Part shown: positions 20,919 to 29,520 of the stretch, piece by piece | Layout of the letters: every line of letters begins with the position of its first letter | Numbering within the stretch: the stretch's first letter is position 1 | From: Gemmatimonadales bacterium | GTDB taxonomy: Bacteria > Gemmatimonadota > Gemmatimonadetes > Gemmatimonadales > GWC2-71-9 | Assembly: GCA_965249575.1 (NCBI GenBank) | Contig: OZ252244.1 | Location: forward strand, 2,112,001 to 2,176,000 | DNA: 64,000 nucleotides | Direction of reading: 5' to 3' | Made by a program: the position numbers and the translations under genes | The notes under the pieces: generated by a model | What the model was told of the DNA's origin: nothing | Databases searched by the model: none | Seen by the model: the letters and a program-made list of their open reading frames with translations, nothing else

Positions 20919-22578
20919 CTCTGCGAATCGCCCCGGACGATCCCAGGCCCATCACGGATCCAGCGCACATGTTGACACGTTCACGAGGGACAACCTGCCG
21001 CCGCACGATCTCTGGCCGGTCCTGGACTACTCACTTCGTCCGGAGCTGGCCTATCCGGAGCGGCTGAACTGCGCTGCCGAGTTGCTCGATAAGGCGGTGG
21101 GGAAGGGAATGGGGGATCGTCCCGTCTTCCGCCGGAAGATGGACGATTGGACGTACGGCCGACTCCTCGAGGAAGCGAATCGCATCGCCCACGTGCTCGT
21201 CGAGGATCTCGGTGTCGTGCCGGGCAGCCGCGTGCTCCTCAGGGGCCCCAACAATCCAATCATGGTGGCGAGCTGGTTCGCCGTTTTGAAGGCGGGTGGC
21301 GTGTGCGTCAGCACGATGCCGCTGCTGCGAGCCCGTGAGCTCACGTACGTAGCCGACAAGGCGCGTGTCGAGCTCGCACTCTGCGATGCGCGGCTGGTAG
21401 AGGAATGCAGCGAGGCGTCTGACCGGACCCAGTTCCTCTCCCGGCTGGTGCAGTTTGGCAGCGGGGAGGCGGGCTCGCTCGAGGTGCTCGCGCGGCAGAA
21501 GGGGGCCGACTTCTCGACTGTCGATACGGCCGCCGATGACACGGCGATCATCGCCTTCACGTCGGGGACGACCGGCCGGTCAAAGGGCACCGTGCACTTC
21601 CATCGCGATATGATGGCCGCGTGCGACTGCTTCCCACCCTACGCGGTGCGCGCGCAGCCCGACGATGTATTTTGCGGCTCGCCTCCGCTTGCCTTCACGT
21701 TCGGGCTAGGCGGCCTGGTCTTGTTTCCCATGCGCATCGGCGCGTCCAGCGTCTTGCTCGAACAGGCGTCTCCCCCCAACCTGCTGCAGGGGATTCAGGA
21801 TCATCGGGCCACGGTCTGCTTTACGGCGCCGACCGCCTATCGGGCCATGCTCGGCATGCTCGGAGACTACGACGTCTTGAGCCTGAAGATCTGTGTGTCC
21901 GCCGGCGAAACCCTCCCCCTCGCAACGTTCCGAGCATGGGAGGAAGCAACCGGCCTTCAGATCATCGACGGGATCGGCGCCACCGAGTTGCTGCACATCT
22001 TCATCAGCGCGGGTGGTGAGGAAATCCGCCCCGGCTCGACGGGAAAGGTGGTACCAGGCTACCGGGCCAAGATCGTCGATGACGGCGGGAACGACGTTCC
22101 GCCGGGGACGGTCGGGAGACTGGCGGTCCAAGGCCCGACCGGGTGCCGTTACTTGGACGATGTCGACCGGCAGCAGGCCTACGTCGGGAACGGCTGGAAC
22201 TTTCCGGGTGATTCGTTCAGGATGGATGAGGACGGGTACTTCTGGTATCAGTCGCGTACCGACGACATGATCGTGTCGTCGGGTTACTCGCTGTCTGGGC
22301 CGGAAGTCGAGAACGTCATCCTCGAGCATCCGGACGTCGCGGAATGCGGAGTGGTCGGTGTCCCGGACCAAGAGCGCGGACAGGTCGTGAAAGCGTTCGT
22401 GGTGCTGCGGGAGGGAGTAGAAGCCGGTCCGGCGAAAGCCGAGGAGCTGCAGAATTTCGTCAAAGCCGAGATCGCACCGTACAAGTACCCGCGGCGGGTG
22501 GAATTCGTGAAGAGCCTACCACGTACGGAAACGGGGAAGCTCCAGCGCTTCCGCCTTAGGGAACAGGGGACGGGGTAA
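20911..22578 (+). CDS. abmG: 2-aminobenzoate-CoA ligase (benzoate-CoA ligase family)
   Basis: SAHVDTFTRDNLP N-terminus; FTSGTTGRSKG; SPPLAFTFGLGG; IDGIGATE; LPRTETGK. Confidence 0.85.
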   Translation: MSSSANRPGRSQAHHGSSAHVDTFTRDNLPPHDLWPVLDYSLRPELAYPERLNCAAELLDKAVGKGMGDRPVFRRKMDDWTYGRLLEEANRIAHVLVEDLGVVPGSRVLLRGPNNPIMVASWFAVLKAGGVCVSTMPLLRARELTYVADKARVELALCDARLVEECSEASDRTQFLSRLVQFGSGEAGSLEVLARQKGADFSTVDTAADDTAIIAFTSGTTGRSKGTVHFHRDMMAACDCFPPYAVRAQPDDVFCGSPPLAFTFGLGGLVLFPMRIGASSVLLEQASPPNLLQGIQDHRATVCFTAPTAYRAMLGMLGDYDVLSLKICVSAGETLPLATFRAWEEATGLQIIDGIGATELLHIFISAGGEEIRPGSTGKVVPGYRAKIVDDGGNDVPPGTVGRLAVQGPTGCRYLDDVDRQQAYVGNGWNFPGDSFRMDEDGYFWYQSRTDDMIVSSGYSLSGPEVENVILEHPDVAECGVVGVPDQERGQVVKAFVVLREGVEAGPAKAEELQNFVKAEIAPYKYPRRVEFVKSLPRTETGKLQRFRLREQGTG

Positions 22579-22973
22579 TGCAGTTGCTCCAGCCCGACGG
22601 TTGGGCGCGGCCAAAGGGCTACTCCAACGGTGTGTCCGCGCGAGGCCGAGCGGTTTTTGTAGCCGGCCAGGTCGGTTGGAACCCACGAACTGGCCAGATC
22701 GAGACGGACGACTTTGTCGGCCAGGTTCGGCAGACGCTGGAAAACATCGTGACGGTACTCGAGGCCGGGGGCGCCACCCCGCAAGACGTCGTTCGCCTTA
22801 CCTGGTTCGTCACCGACAGGAAGGCATATCTCGCGTCGCAAGGCGAGATCGGTAAAGCGTATCGCAATTCGTTCGGCAAGCACTTCCCACCGATGTCGGT
22901 GGTCGTCGTCGCTGGGCTGCTCGAGGAGGGAGCGAAGGTCGAGATCGAGGCAACCGCCGTGGTAGAGGACTGA
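22578..22973 (+). CDS. RidA/YjgF family protein
   Basis: PKGYSNG, FVAGQVGW, VEIEATAV. Confidence 0.9.
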   Translation: MQLLQPDGWARPKGYSNGVSARGRAVFVAGQVGWNPRTGQIETDDFVGQVRQTLENIVTVLEAGGATPQDVVRLTWFVTDRKAYLASQGEIGKAYRNSFGKHFPPMSVVVVAGLLEEGAKVEIEATAVVED

Positions 22974-22976
22974 CGG

Positions 22977-23615
22977 CTATTCGCCGAGCTTCCTGAGGAT
23001 CGCCCGGACGGGACTCGCGTCGAACCCCGCCAGCTTGAGTGGAAGTGCGATCAACTCGTACACCCCCTCTAGAACGCCGTCCAATACGAGACCCTCGAGA
23101 ATGGATACGCTCTTCTCGAGGCATGCCGCGTGTGCTGGGAGATCCTTCGAGTCGAAGAGGTCCACGCTCGGCGTGTCGATCCCGACGAGCGTAGCTCCCT
23201 GCGCCGCCAACGATCCAATCAGCTCCGGCGACAGCGCTGCAAAATCTTCGTTGAATCGCGACGGATCCGGGTAGGTACCGGTCGCGAAGAGAACGCGCTC
23301 CGCCTCGAGACCGCCAGTCAGCGCGTCGGGCCCGATGCGCGTGCCCCGCACGGCATCGATGCGAATGACGTGGCAGTCACCAATGTACGGCTCCAGGCGC
23401 TGAGCCTCTATGGATGCGGCGTCGATACCGTAGTGGCTCGGGGCGTCCGCGTGGGCCCCAACGTGCATCGTCGATCGTAGAGTCGACAACGTGAGGTTGT
23501 CACCCCGCTTCAGGTCGAGAAGCACATCCCGTGTCGGCGGCGTGTCTCCGGGCCACACCGCGATCGAGGCGGAGACCGGCGGGGTGATGTCGTGGATCAC
23601 CCATTTCGCGCTCAC
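22977..23615 (-). CDS. kynB: Kynurenine formamidase (cyclase family)
   Basis: WPGD, HVGAHADAPSH, GIDTPSVD, ILEGL, DASPVRA; GTGA overlap with kynA. Confidence 0.9.
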   Translation of the reverse strand: MSAKWVIHDITPPVSASIAVWPGDTPPTRDVLLDLKRGDNLTLSTLRSTMHVGAHADAPSHYGIDAASIEAQRLEPYIGDCHVIRIDAVRGTRIGPDALTGGLEAERVLFATGTYPDPSRFNEDFAALSPELIGSLAAQGATLVGIDTPSVDLFDSKDLPAHAACLEKSVSILEGLVLDGVLEGVYELIALPLKLAGFDASPVRAILRKLGE

Positions 23616-24424
23616 AGTTTGTGACGGATGGCCCAGAGATCGGGGAAGAACGGATTGAAGAGCGACCGCTTCAAGAACTCGACCCCTGGCGATCCGCCGG
23701 TGCCGCGTTTCCTGCCAATCGTCCGCTCTACCATCTTGACGTGGCGGTAGCGCCACTCCTGCTGTCCTTCGTCGAAATCCATCATCAGTTCGAGCAGTAT
23801 GCCCACGTCGGGCTGTTCCCGGTATAGATCGACGAGACCCTCCTGCACTCCATCGTTCGGCGTGCAAGCCGCACGTACATCCCGATCCTTCACGGCTCTC
23901 GGGATGTCCACACCTCGATGCTCCAGAAACTCGTACCAGTGATCGATCACCGAGGGTTCGCCCAGCCGGCGCTCCAGGCGATTGTGAGCGGTGGGCTCGG
24001 CATCGTAATACGACAGCATTTCCGGTCGCTTGTACCCGAGGACGAACTCTAGTTCCCGAAACTGCCAGGACTGGAAACCGGACGCCGATTCCAGCCGGTC
24101 ACGAAACGTCAAGAAGGACATGGGCGTCATTGTTTCGAGGACGTCGAGCTGAGCGACGAGCGTTTTCATGACCATGCGAAGGCGCTTGAACGTGGCTATG
24201 GCCCCGAAAAGGTCGTCGTTCGAAAAGTCCCTCTTCACCTTGTCGATCTCGTGCAGCAGCAGCTTGAACCAAAGTTCGTAGACCTGGTGAATGATGATGA
24301 ATAGCGTTTCGTCGTGCTCCGGAGGGTCGGTGGCAACCTCCTGGAGCATTAAGAGCTGGTCGAGCTTGAGATAACCCCCGTAAGTCACGTTACCGTCCTG
24401 AGGACCGTTGCTACGCCCGCTCAT
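23612..24424 (-). CDS. kynA: Tryptophan 2,3-dioxygenase
   Basis: TYGGYLKLDQLL, HDETLFIIIHQVYELWFK, SGFQSWQFRELE, WRYRHVKMVERTIG..GTGGS. Confidence 0.95.
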   Translation of the reverse strand: MSGRSNGPQDGNVTYGGYLKLDQLLMLQEVATDPPEHDETLFIIIHQVYELWFKLLLHEIDKVKRDFSNDDLFGAIATFKRLRMVMKTLVAQLDVLETMTPMSFLTFRDRLESASGFQSWQFRELEFVLGYKRPEMLSYYDAEPTAHNRLERRLGEPSVIDHWYEFLEHRGVDIPRAVKDRDVRAACTPNDGVQEGLVDLYREQPDVGILLELMMDFDEGQQEWRYRHVKMVERTIGRKRGTGGSPGVEFLKRSLFNPFFPDLWAIRHKL

Positions 24425-25404
24425 ACGTTCCTGCGTTCCGTGGGCCCGCTCCGCCGCGCGAGCATCTTCTCGGACAGCAGCGGTCCGCGGCCGGGCTCGC
24501 TCCAGGGGCAGACCTCGATGCAGATGGCACAGCCGAGTGTCTTGATAAAGTAGGGCAGGCACTTGTCGAAGTTCACGTACCACTTGTCTTCTCCACGTAC
24601 GAGCTGCTTGTCCGAGAAGATCGCATCAGGGGGACAATCCAGGACGCAGCGTTGACAGCTCAGACACAAGTCGTCGACGCCGATGTCCACGGGTTGGTCG
24701 ATGGCGAGCGGGAGATCGGTGAGCACGGCACCCAGACGGAAATTTGAGCCATAGGCCGCGCTGATTAGCGATCCATGTTTCCCAAGCTGCCCGAGGCCCG
24801 CCCGAATCGCGAGCGGAATGTGCAGAATCTCCGTGCTGTTGGGGTTCCCGAAGGCTTTGGCCGGCCACCCCATTGCGCGAATGCGCTCGCCCAACTCGAT
24901 CGCGATTCGAGAGACCTCCCTATAGGTGCGCATGACTTCGACGGCGGCTCGCGACTGCGGAACGAACTGCATTTCCTCTCGATCCATCTGTAGGCCAATG
25001 CAGATGGCGTAATGGTACGGAACGCTGACCCCATCGTACAGGTCGGCGTCGGTGACCTGCGTGATTCCCACCAGACCCGCTCCGAGCTCCTCGGCCACTT
25101 TCTTGATCCGCTCCGCCATTCGGTCGGGGTCGCGCACCTCCATTCGTGTTGATGCAACCGGGCCGGTCCGCCGTCTGAGCTGCCAGGCATTGGCGACCAT
25201 GTGTTTGACGACCGACCACGGATTGATGTAGCCGAAGAACTCGTCAGCCGCGTCCCACGGCAGGCTCTCGCCAGACGCGTTGTGGAACACCCGCCGGGCG
25301 CGCCGGCGCTCGGTTTCGCCGAGTCCGTTGACGTCGTTTCCGGACCTCGGCTGGGCTCGGTATCCGAAGGCGTAGTTCGGTGGGGGTGGATCGCTCGGTC
25401 TCAC
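24421..25404 (-). CDS. Reductive-dehalogenase-like cobalamin / 2x[4Fe-4S] protein, no TAT signal
   Basis: IKKVAEELGAGLVGI; GLGQLGKHG..YGSNFRLGAVLTDLPL..PVDIGVDDL; CLSCQRCVLDCP and C..CAICIEVCPW; no QueG DYH motif; 4-bp overlaps at both ends. Confidence 0.75.
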   Translation of the reverse strand: MRPSDPPPPNYAFGYRAQPRSGNDVNGLGETERRRARRVFHNASGESLPWDAADEFFGYINPWSVVKHMVANAWQLRRRTGPVASTRMEVRDPDRMAERIKKVAEELGAGLVGITQVTDADLYDGVSVPYHYAICIGLQMDREEMQFVPQSRAAVEVMRTYREVSRIAIELGERIRAMGWPAKAFGNPNSTEILHIPLAIRAGLGQLGKHGSLISAAYGSNFRLGAVLTDLPLAIDQPVDIGVDDLCLSCQRCVLDCPPDAIFSDKQLVRGEDKWYVNFDKCLPYFIKTLGCAICIEVCPWSEPGRGPLLSEKMLARRSGPTERRNV

Positions 25405-25595
25405 GCGCTGCCCTGCTCGTCGAGCCAGTACATGTCTCCCTTTGACTCCCGGTCCCGGTAGGAACGGCGCACACGCGTACCGACCGTCCAATAGTCCAGA
25501 ACCATGGAGGCCAGACGAAGCAGCAGCCGTCCGTTCCTGGCCAGCGCTGCCAAGAAACTCACGTTCGACACCGAGTTCTGGTCGATAGTTCGCAT
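25401..25595 (-). CDS. 64-aa hypothetical protein coupled to the dehalogenase-like gene
   Basis: ATG at 25595; its stop overlaps the downstream GTG (GTGA); amphipathic/hydrophobic middle segment. Confidence 0.55.
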   Translation of the reverse strand: MRTIDQNSVSNVSFLAALARNGRLLLRLASMVLDYWTVGTRVRRSYRDRESKGDMYWLDEQGSA

Positions 25596-25732
25596 GGACC
25601 GCCGCCGGCCAGGTGGTGAAAAACGCGCCGCTGTCGCCCCTACTAACGGGGCACGGGAACGCAGGGCGACCAACCGCAGGAATATACGACAGCGCTCCGG
25701 GGTCCGTGCCACGGTGTCGTCCTGGTACGGCC

Positions 25733-25774
25733 TTGACTTAGGTCCGTACAATTCTAATATTAGGCTAGTCTAAT
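25733..25774 (+). promoter_or_regulatory. Sigma70-like promoter (TTGACT..TAATAT) with DtxR/MntR-like operator ATTAGGCTAGTCTAAT
   Basis: Near-perfect palindrome at 25759-25774 overlapping the -10 element; a second copy lies at 27647-27662. Confidence 0.7.
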
Positions 25775-25797
25775 TAACGTGCGAGGTAAGCCTCTTG

Positions 25798-26892
25798 ATG
25801 AGTAGTGCGTCGCTGTGGGAAAAGGCGGTGTTGCCGACCGCACATCGGGCTCGACGTGGGAGTTCCGCGATCGTCCTGTGCGTGGTCAGTCTCGGGTGCT
25901 CCGAACTGTTCACCTCCCTTCCCGACGACGCCGACCTACTGGATGCACCGCTACCAGGTCTTTCCCCCGAGGAGGGGCGAGCGTTTGCCAGGGGCGATGC
26001 GCAGTTTGAGCGAGCCTTCGCCCCGAACGATGGGCTGGGCCCGATTTTCAACAACGTAGCGTGTTCCGGTTGCCACCCGGGTGACGGGAGAGGACGTCCG
26101 GAGAATGCCCTGGTGCGCTTTGGGGAGCCCCCGGACCTTGCCGCTGCCGCAGGCGGCCCCCAACTCCAGGACCGCGCCTTACCAGGAGCGGTTCCCGAAC
26201 GTCTGTCGGTTGGGATCCCATTTTCGGTGCGCCTGCCTCCACCCGTTTTTGGTGTTGGGCTCATCGAGGCGATACCGGAGTCGGCCATCCTGGCGCTCGT
26301 GGACTCCCTCGATGTAAACCGTGACAGCATATCAGGCCGCCCGAACTGGGTGAGGCCGCCCCCTTGGATTCCGTCCACTGAGCCGGGCGGGGCGCCGGGG
26401 CTTCGTGTCGGACGGTTCTCCCGGAAAGCACAGGTCAGCACCCTGTTGCAGCAGGTCGTCGAGGCCTACCACCAGGACATGGGGATTACGTCGGAGTTTC
26501 TTCCGGTCGAAAACGTCAACCCTCGAGCGGGCGTGAGGACGGAATCGGCCGATGTGGTCGATGATCCGGAAATCCCGACGGCCGATCTCATGGCCGTGAT
26601 CGATTACATCCGGATGCTAGCACCACCCGCCCCGGGGGCCGAGACGGAGGAAGTCCTGAGGGGCCAGAGCTCGTTCAGCGGCGTCGGTTGTGCGGGGTGC
26701 CATGTTCCCGAGCTTCGCACCGGCCCACACGCGATCGCGGCTCTATCGAACCAGCCAGTCCAACTCTATTCCGACTTGCTGCTGCACGACATGGGCGACG
26801 CCCTGGCCGACAACCGGGTGGACCGTAGCGCCACCGGCAAGGAATGGCGGACCGCTCCGTTGTGGGGACTGCGGGTCATGAGCGACTTCCTT
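25798..26892 (+). pseudogene. Di-heme oxidoreductase (DHOR) family lipoprotein, 3'-truncated
   Basis: GLGPIFN..CSGCH, CAGCH, YSDLLLHDMG, WRTAPLWG. The expected LHDGRA..HGGE tail is missing and sequence switches to another gene at about 26893. Confidence 0.75.
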
Positions 26893-27568
26893 CGGTGCGT
26901 TCGGGTTGTTCGGGATTGGCGATGGAGCGGCCAGGATCACGTACGAGCTGTATGCCGTCAACGGATTCGGCGAGGGCCTCGTTGCGGATTCTCCCGACGG
27001 CACCCGCATCGCGAACGGACGGCAAAACTTCGAGGATGCCAACGCGTCGCCGGCGGTTGTGGGCCGCGTGACCTACAGTCCCAGGGCCGGGTGGGAGCTC
27101 GGCCTGTCGTCTCACCACGGGGCTTACAACGTCTTCAAGTCAGAGGGGCAGGCCCTCGAGGACCGGAGGGACATTCACATCTGGGTGCTGGATTTCGAGG
27201 CGGAACCAGTCGGGCTTCGGGTGAGCGGTGAGCTGGCGACCGTATCTGTCGATATCCCTCCCGGGTTGATTGGTATCTACGCGTCAGGTCAGCGAGGATT
27301 CTACGTCGAGGCCTTGCGCGATTTCGGTCGTGGATGGGTCCCGACGATGACGACCTCGTACTTCTCAGCTGGCGCCCGCCTGGACGTCGTCGATTTCGAT
27401 ACGAGTGTCGAGGGCGATACCGGCAGGCGATTGACTGGCGGGCTCAACTTCCGGCCGACCCAGGACACCGTTCTGAACCTGAACTACTTTCGCGGGTGGG
27501 ATTACGACCGCGCCAACAACCGCGCCGACTCCGCTGGGATCCTCTTCTCCGTCGCGACTTACTTCTAG
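26891..27568 (+). pseudogene. Outer-membrane porin-like protein, C-terminal half only
   Basis: Beta-strand pattern (TYELYAVNG, GLNFRPTQDTV), C-terminal SVATYF; no signal peptide or N-terminal half. Confidence 0.65.
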
Positions 27569-27620
27569 AAAACCGGCTCTCCTGTCCCCCCCATTGGGGG
27601 CACAAGTCATTTCCCCGCGG

Positions 27621-27662
27621 TTGATTCAGGCATGCCAAATCAATAGATTAGACGAGGCTAAT
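27621..27662 (+). promoter_or_regulatory. Promoter (TTGATT-N17-TAGATT) with DtxR/MntR-like operator ATTAGACGAGGCTAAT
   Basis: 14/16 match to the reverse complement of the 25759 palindrome; upstream of the Mn/Zn/Fe ABC operon. Confidence 0.7.
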
Positions 27663-27754
27663 ATCACCTTCGTCGACCGAGCCGAGGTTCCCGAGTGAGA
27701 TCGACCGGCCAACGCGCTAAACGGCATCCCGACCGCAGTCGGCTGTCAGGACGG

Positions 27755-28690
27755 ATGCCCGGGACCCATTCCTTGGCGAGCGTCGCCTCGTTGGCGCTCA
27801 TCGTTGCGGCGTGCGCTACCGGCGAGCGGCAGAACGACGGGAGGCTGGCGGTCGCGGCCACGATCGGGATGATAGCGGATATCGTCGAGCGCGTCGGCGG
27901 GGACCGGGTCCGAGTCAAAGGCCTCATGGGTCCAGGCGTCGATCCTCATCTCTACAAGGCCCGGGCGGGAGATGTACGGACGCTCTCGGAGGCGGACGTC
28001 ATTTTTTACAACGGTCTCCACCTCGAGGCCGCGATGGCCGAGCTGCTCGAGGAAATGGGCGATCGCAAGCGGACGAAAGCCGTGACCGATGGGATCGATC
28101 GCGGCTTGCTACTGGCACCTCCCGAGTTCGCCGGAGCCTACGATCCCCACGTGTGGTTCGACGTCACGCTCTGGATGCGTGCGGTGGAAGCCGTGGCGGA
28201 CGAGCTCGCCGGGCTCGACCCGGCCGGCGTCGACGGCTACACCTCGCGCAGAGACACTTACCTGGAGGAGCTGGTCGATCTGGACGCCTGGGTTCGGAGC
28301 CGTACCCAGGAGGTTCCTGAGGCTCAGCGCGTTCTCATCACCGCGCATGACGCGTTCAACTATTTCGGCAGGGCATATGGATTCGAGGTGAAAGGCCTCC
28401 AGGGGATTAGCACCGCGTCAGAGGCCGGGACAGCGGACGTCCAGCGGCTGGTGGCGTTCATTCTCGAGCGTGGCGTACCCGCCCTGTTCGTCGAGACGTC
28501 CGTTCCCAGGCGAACCATCGAGGCCGTTCAGGCGGCGGTACGGTCGCGGGGGGCTGCGGTAGAAATCGGGGGTGCCCTGTTTTCCGACGCTATGGGGGAT
28601 GCGGGCACCCGGGAAGGAAGCTATGTCGGCATGGTGCGTTACAACGTGAACATGATCGTCGACGCCTTGCTCGGTAGAGGTGGAGAATGA
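27755..28690 (+). CDS. mntA: Mn/Zn/Fe ABC transporter substrate-binding lipoprotein (TroA/MntA)
   Basis: Lipobox [45 protein letters not shown]. Confidence 0.9.
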   Translation: MPGTHSLASVASLALIVAACATGERQNDGRLAVAATIGMIADIVERVGGDRVRVKGLMGPGVDPHLYKARAGDVRTLSEADVIFYNGLHLEAAMAELLEEMGDRKRTKAVTDGIDRGLLLAPPEFAGAYDPHVWFDVTLWMRAVEAVADELAGLDPAGVDGYTSRRDTYLEELVDLDAWVRSRTQEVPEAQRVLITAHDAFNYFGRAYGFEVKGLQGISTASEAGTADVQRLVAFILERGVPALFVETSVPRRTIEAVQAAVRSRGAAVEIGGALFSDAMGDAGTREGSYVGMVRYNVNMIVDALLGRGGE

Positions 28691-29511
28691 CCGGGGGTGT
28701 CCCGGCGATCGAAGTCAACGACCTGACCGTCGCCTACCATGAGCACCCCGTGCTGTGGGATGTCGACCTCACGGTTCCGGCTGGCGTGCTCATGGCGATC
28801 ATTGGTCCGAACGGCGCCGGGAAGACTACGCTCATCAAAGCCATTCTCGGCATGGTCAGGACCGCGGCGGGACAGCTTCTAGTTCACGGAAAACCCTACC
28901 GGGAGCAGCTTCGGCTCGTCGCTTACGTTCCACAACGCGGCACGGTCGACTGGGATTTCCCGACTTCGGTTCTCGACGTGGTGATGATGGGCCGGTATGG
29001 AGCGCTGGGGTGGATTCGAAGGCCTGGCCGGAGGGAGCGGGAGCAGGCGATGGCGGCTCTCGAGAAGGTCGGTATGGACTCACTCGCGGCGCGGCAGATC
29101 AGCCAGCTGTCCGGGGGCCAGCAGCAACGAGTCTTTCTCGCGCGCGCTTTGGTACAGGATGCCCGCGTCTACCTGATGGACGAGCCGTTTCAGGGCGTCG
29201 ACGCAAAGACGGAACGAGCCATCGTGGGGGTGCTGCAGGATCTGAGGGCGGCTGGGAACACCGTGGTCACCGTGCATCACGCACTGCAAACGGTCTCGGA
29301 GTATTTCGACTGGGTGGCGCTCCTCAATGTGCGGCTGATTGCAAGCGGCCCCGTGCTGCAGGTGTTTACGGAAGAGAACCTCCGTCTGGCCTACGGTGGA
29401 CGTGTCCCGTTCGTGCCAGGAAACGGGGAGCCTGGGGGCGCGCGGCCGGCAGGCGCCGAGAGCGCCGCCGCGCTCTCGAGCGGAGATCGCGGGCTGGAGC
29501 AAGAAGGCTAA
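28687..29511 (+). CDS. mntB: Metal ABC transporter ATP-binding protein
   Basis: [32 protein letters not shown]. Confidence 0.9.
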   Translation: MTGGVPAIEVNDLTVAYHEHPVLWDVDLTVPAGVLMAIIGPNGAGKTTLIKAILGMVRTAAGQLLVHGKPYREQLRLVAYVPQRGTVDWDFPTSVLDVVMMGRYGALGWIRRPGRREREQAMAALEKVGMDSLAARQISQLSGGQQQRVFLARALVQDARVYLMDEPFQGVDAKTERAIVGVLQDLRAAGNTVVTVHHALQTVSEYFDWVALLNVRLIASGPVLQVFTEENLRLAYGGRVPFVPGNGEPGGARPAGAESAAALSSGDRGLEQEG

Positions 29512-29520
29512 GGCCGGTCC

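Noticed and set aside
24421..25404. Epoxyqueuosine reductase QueG or organohalide respiration
   Set aside because: Lacks the QueG DYH motif and also lacks the TAT signal and rdhB of respiratory enzymes; QueG is not fully excluded without a phylogeny.
25795..27231. 478-aa full-length DHOR as given by the ORF track
   Set aside because: Sequence after about residue 366 is out-of-frame porin DNA.
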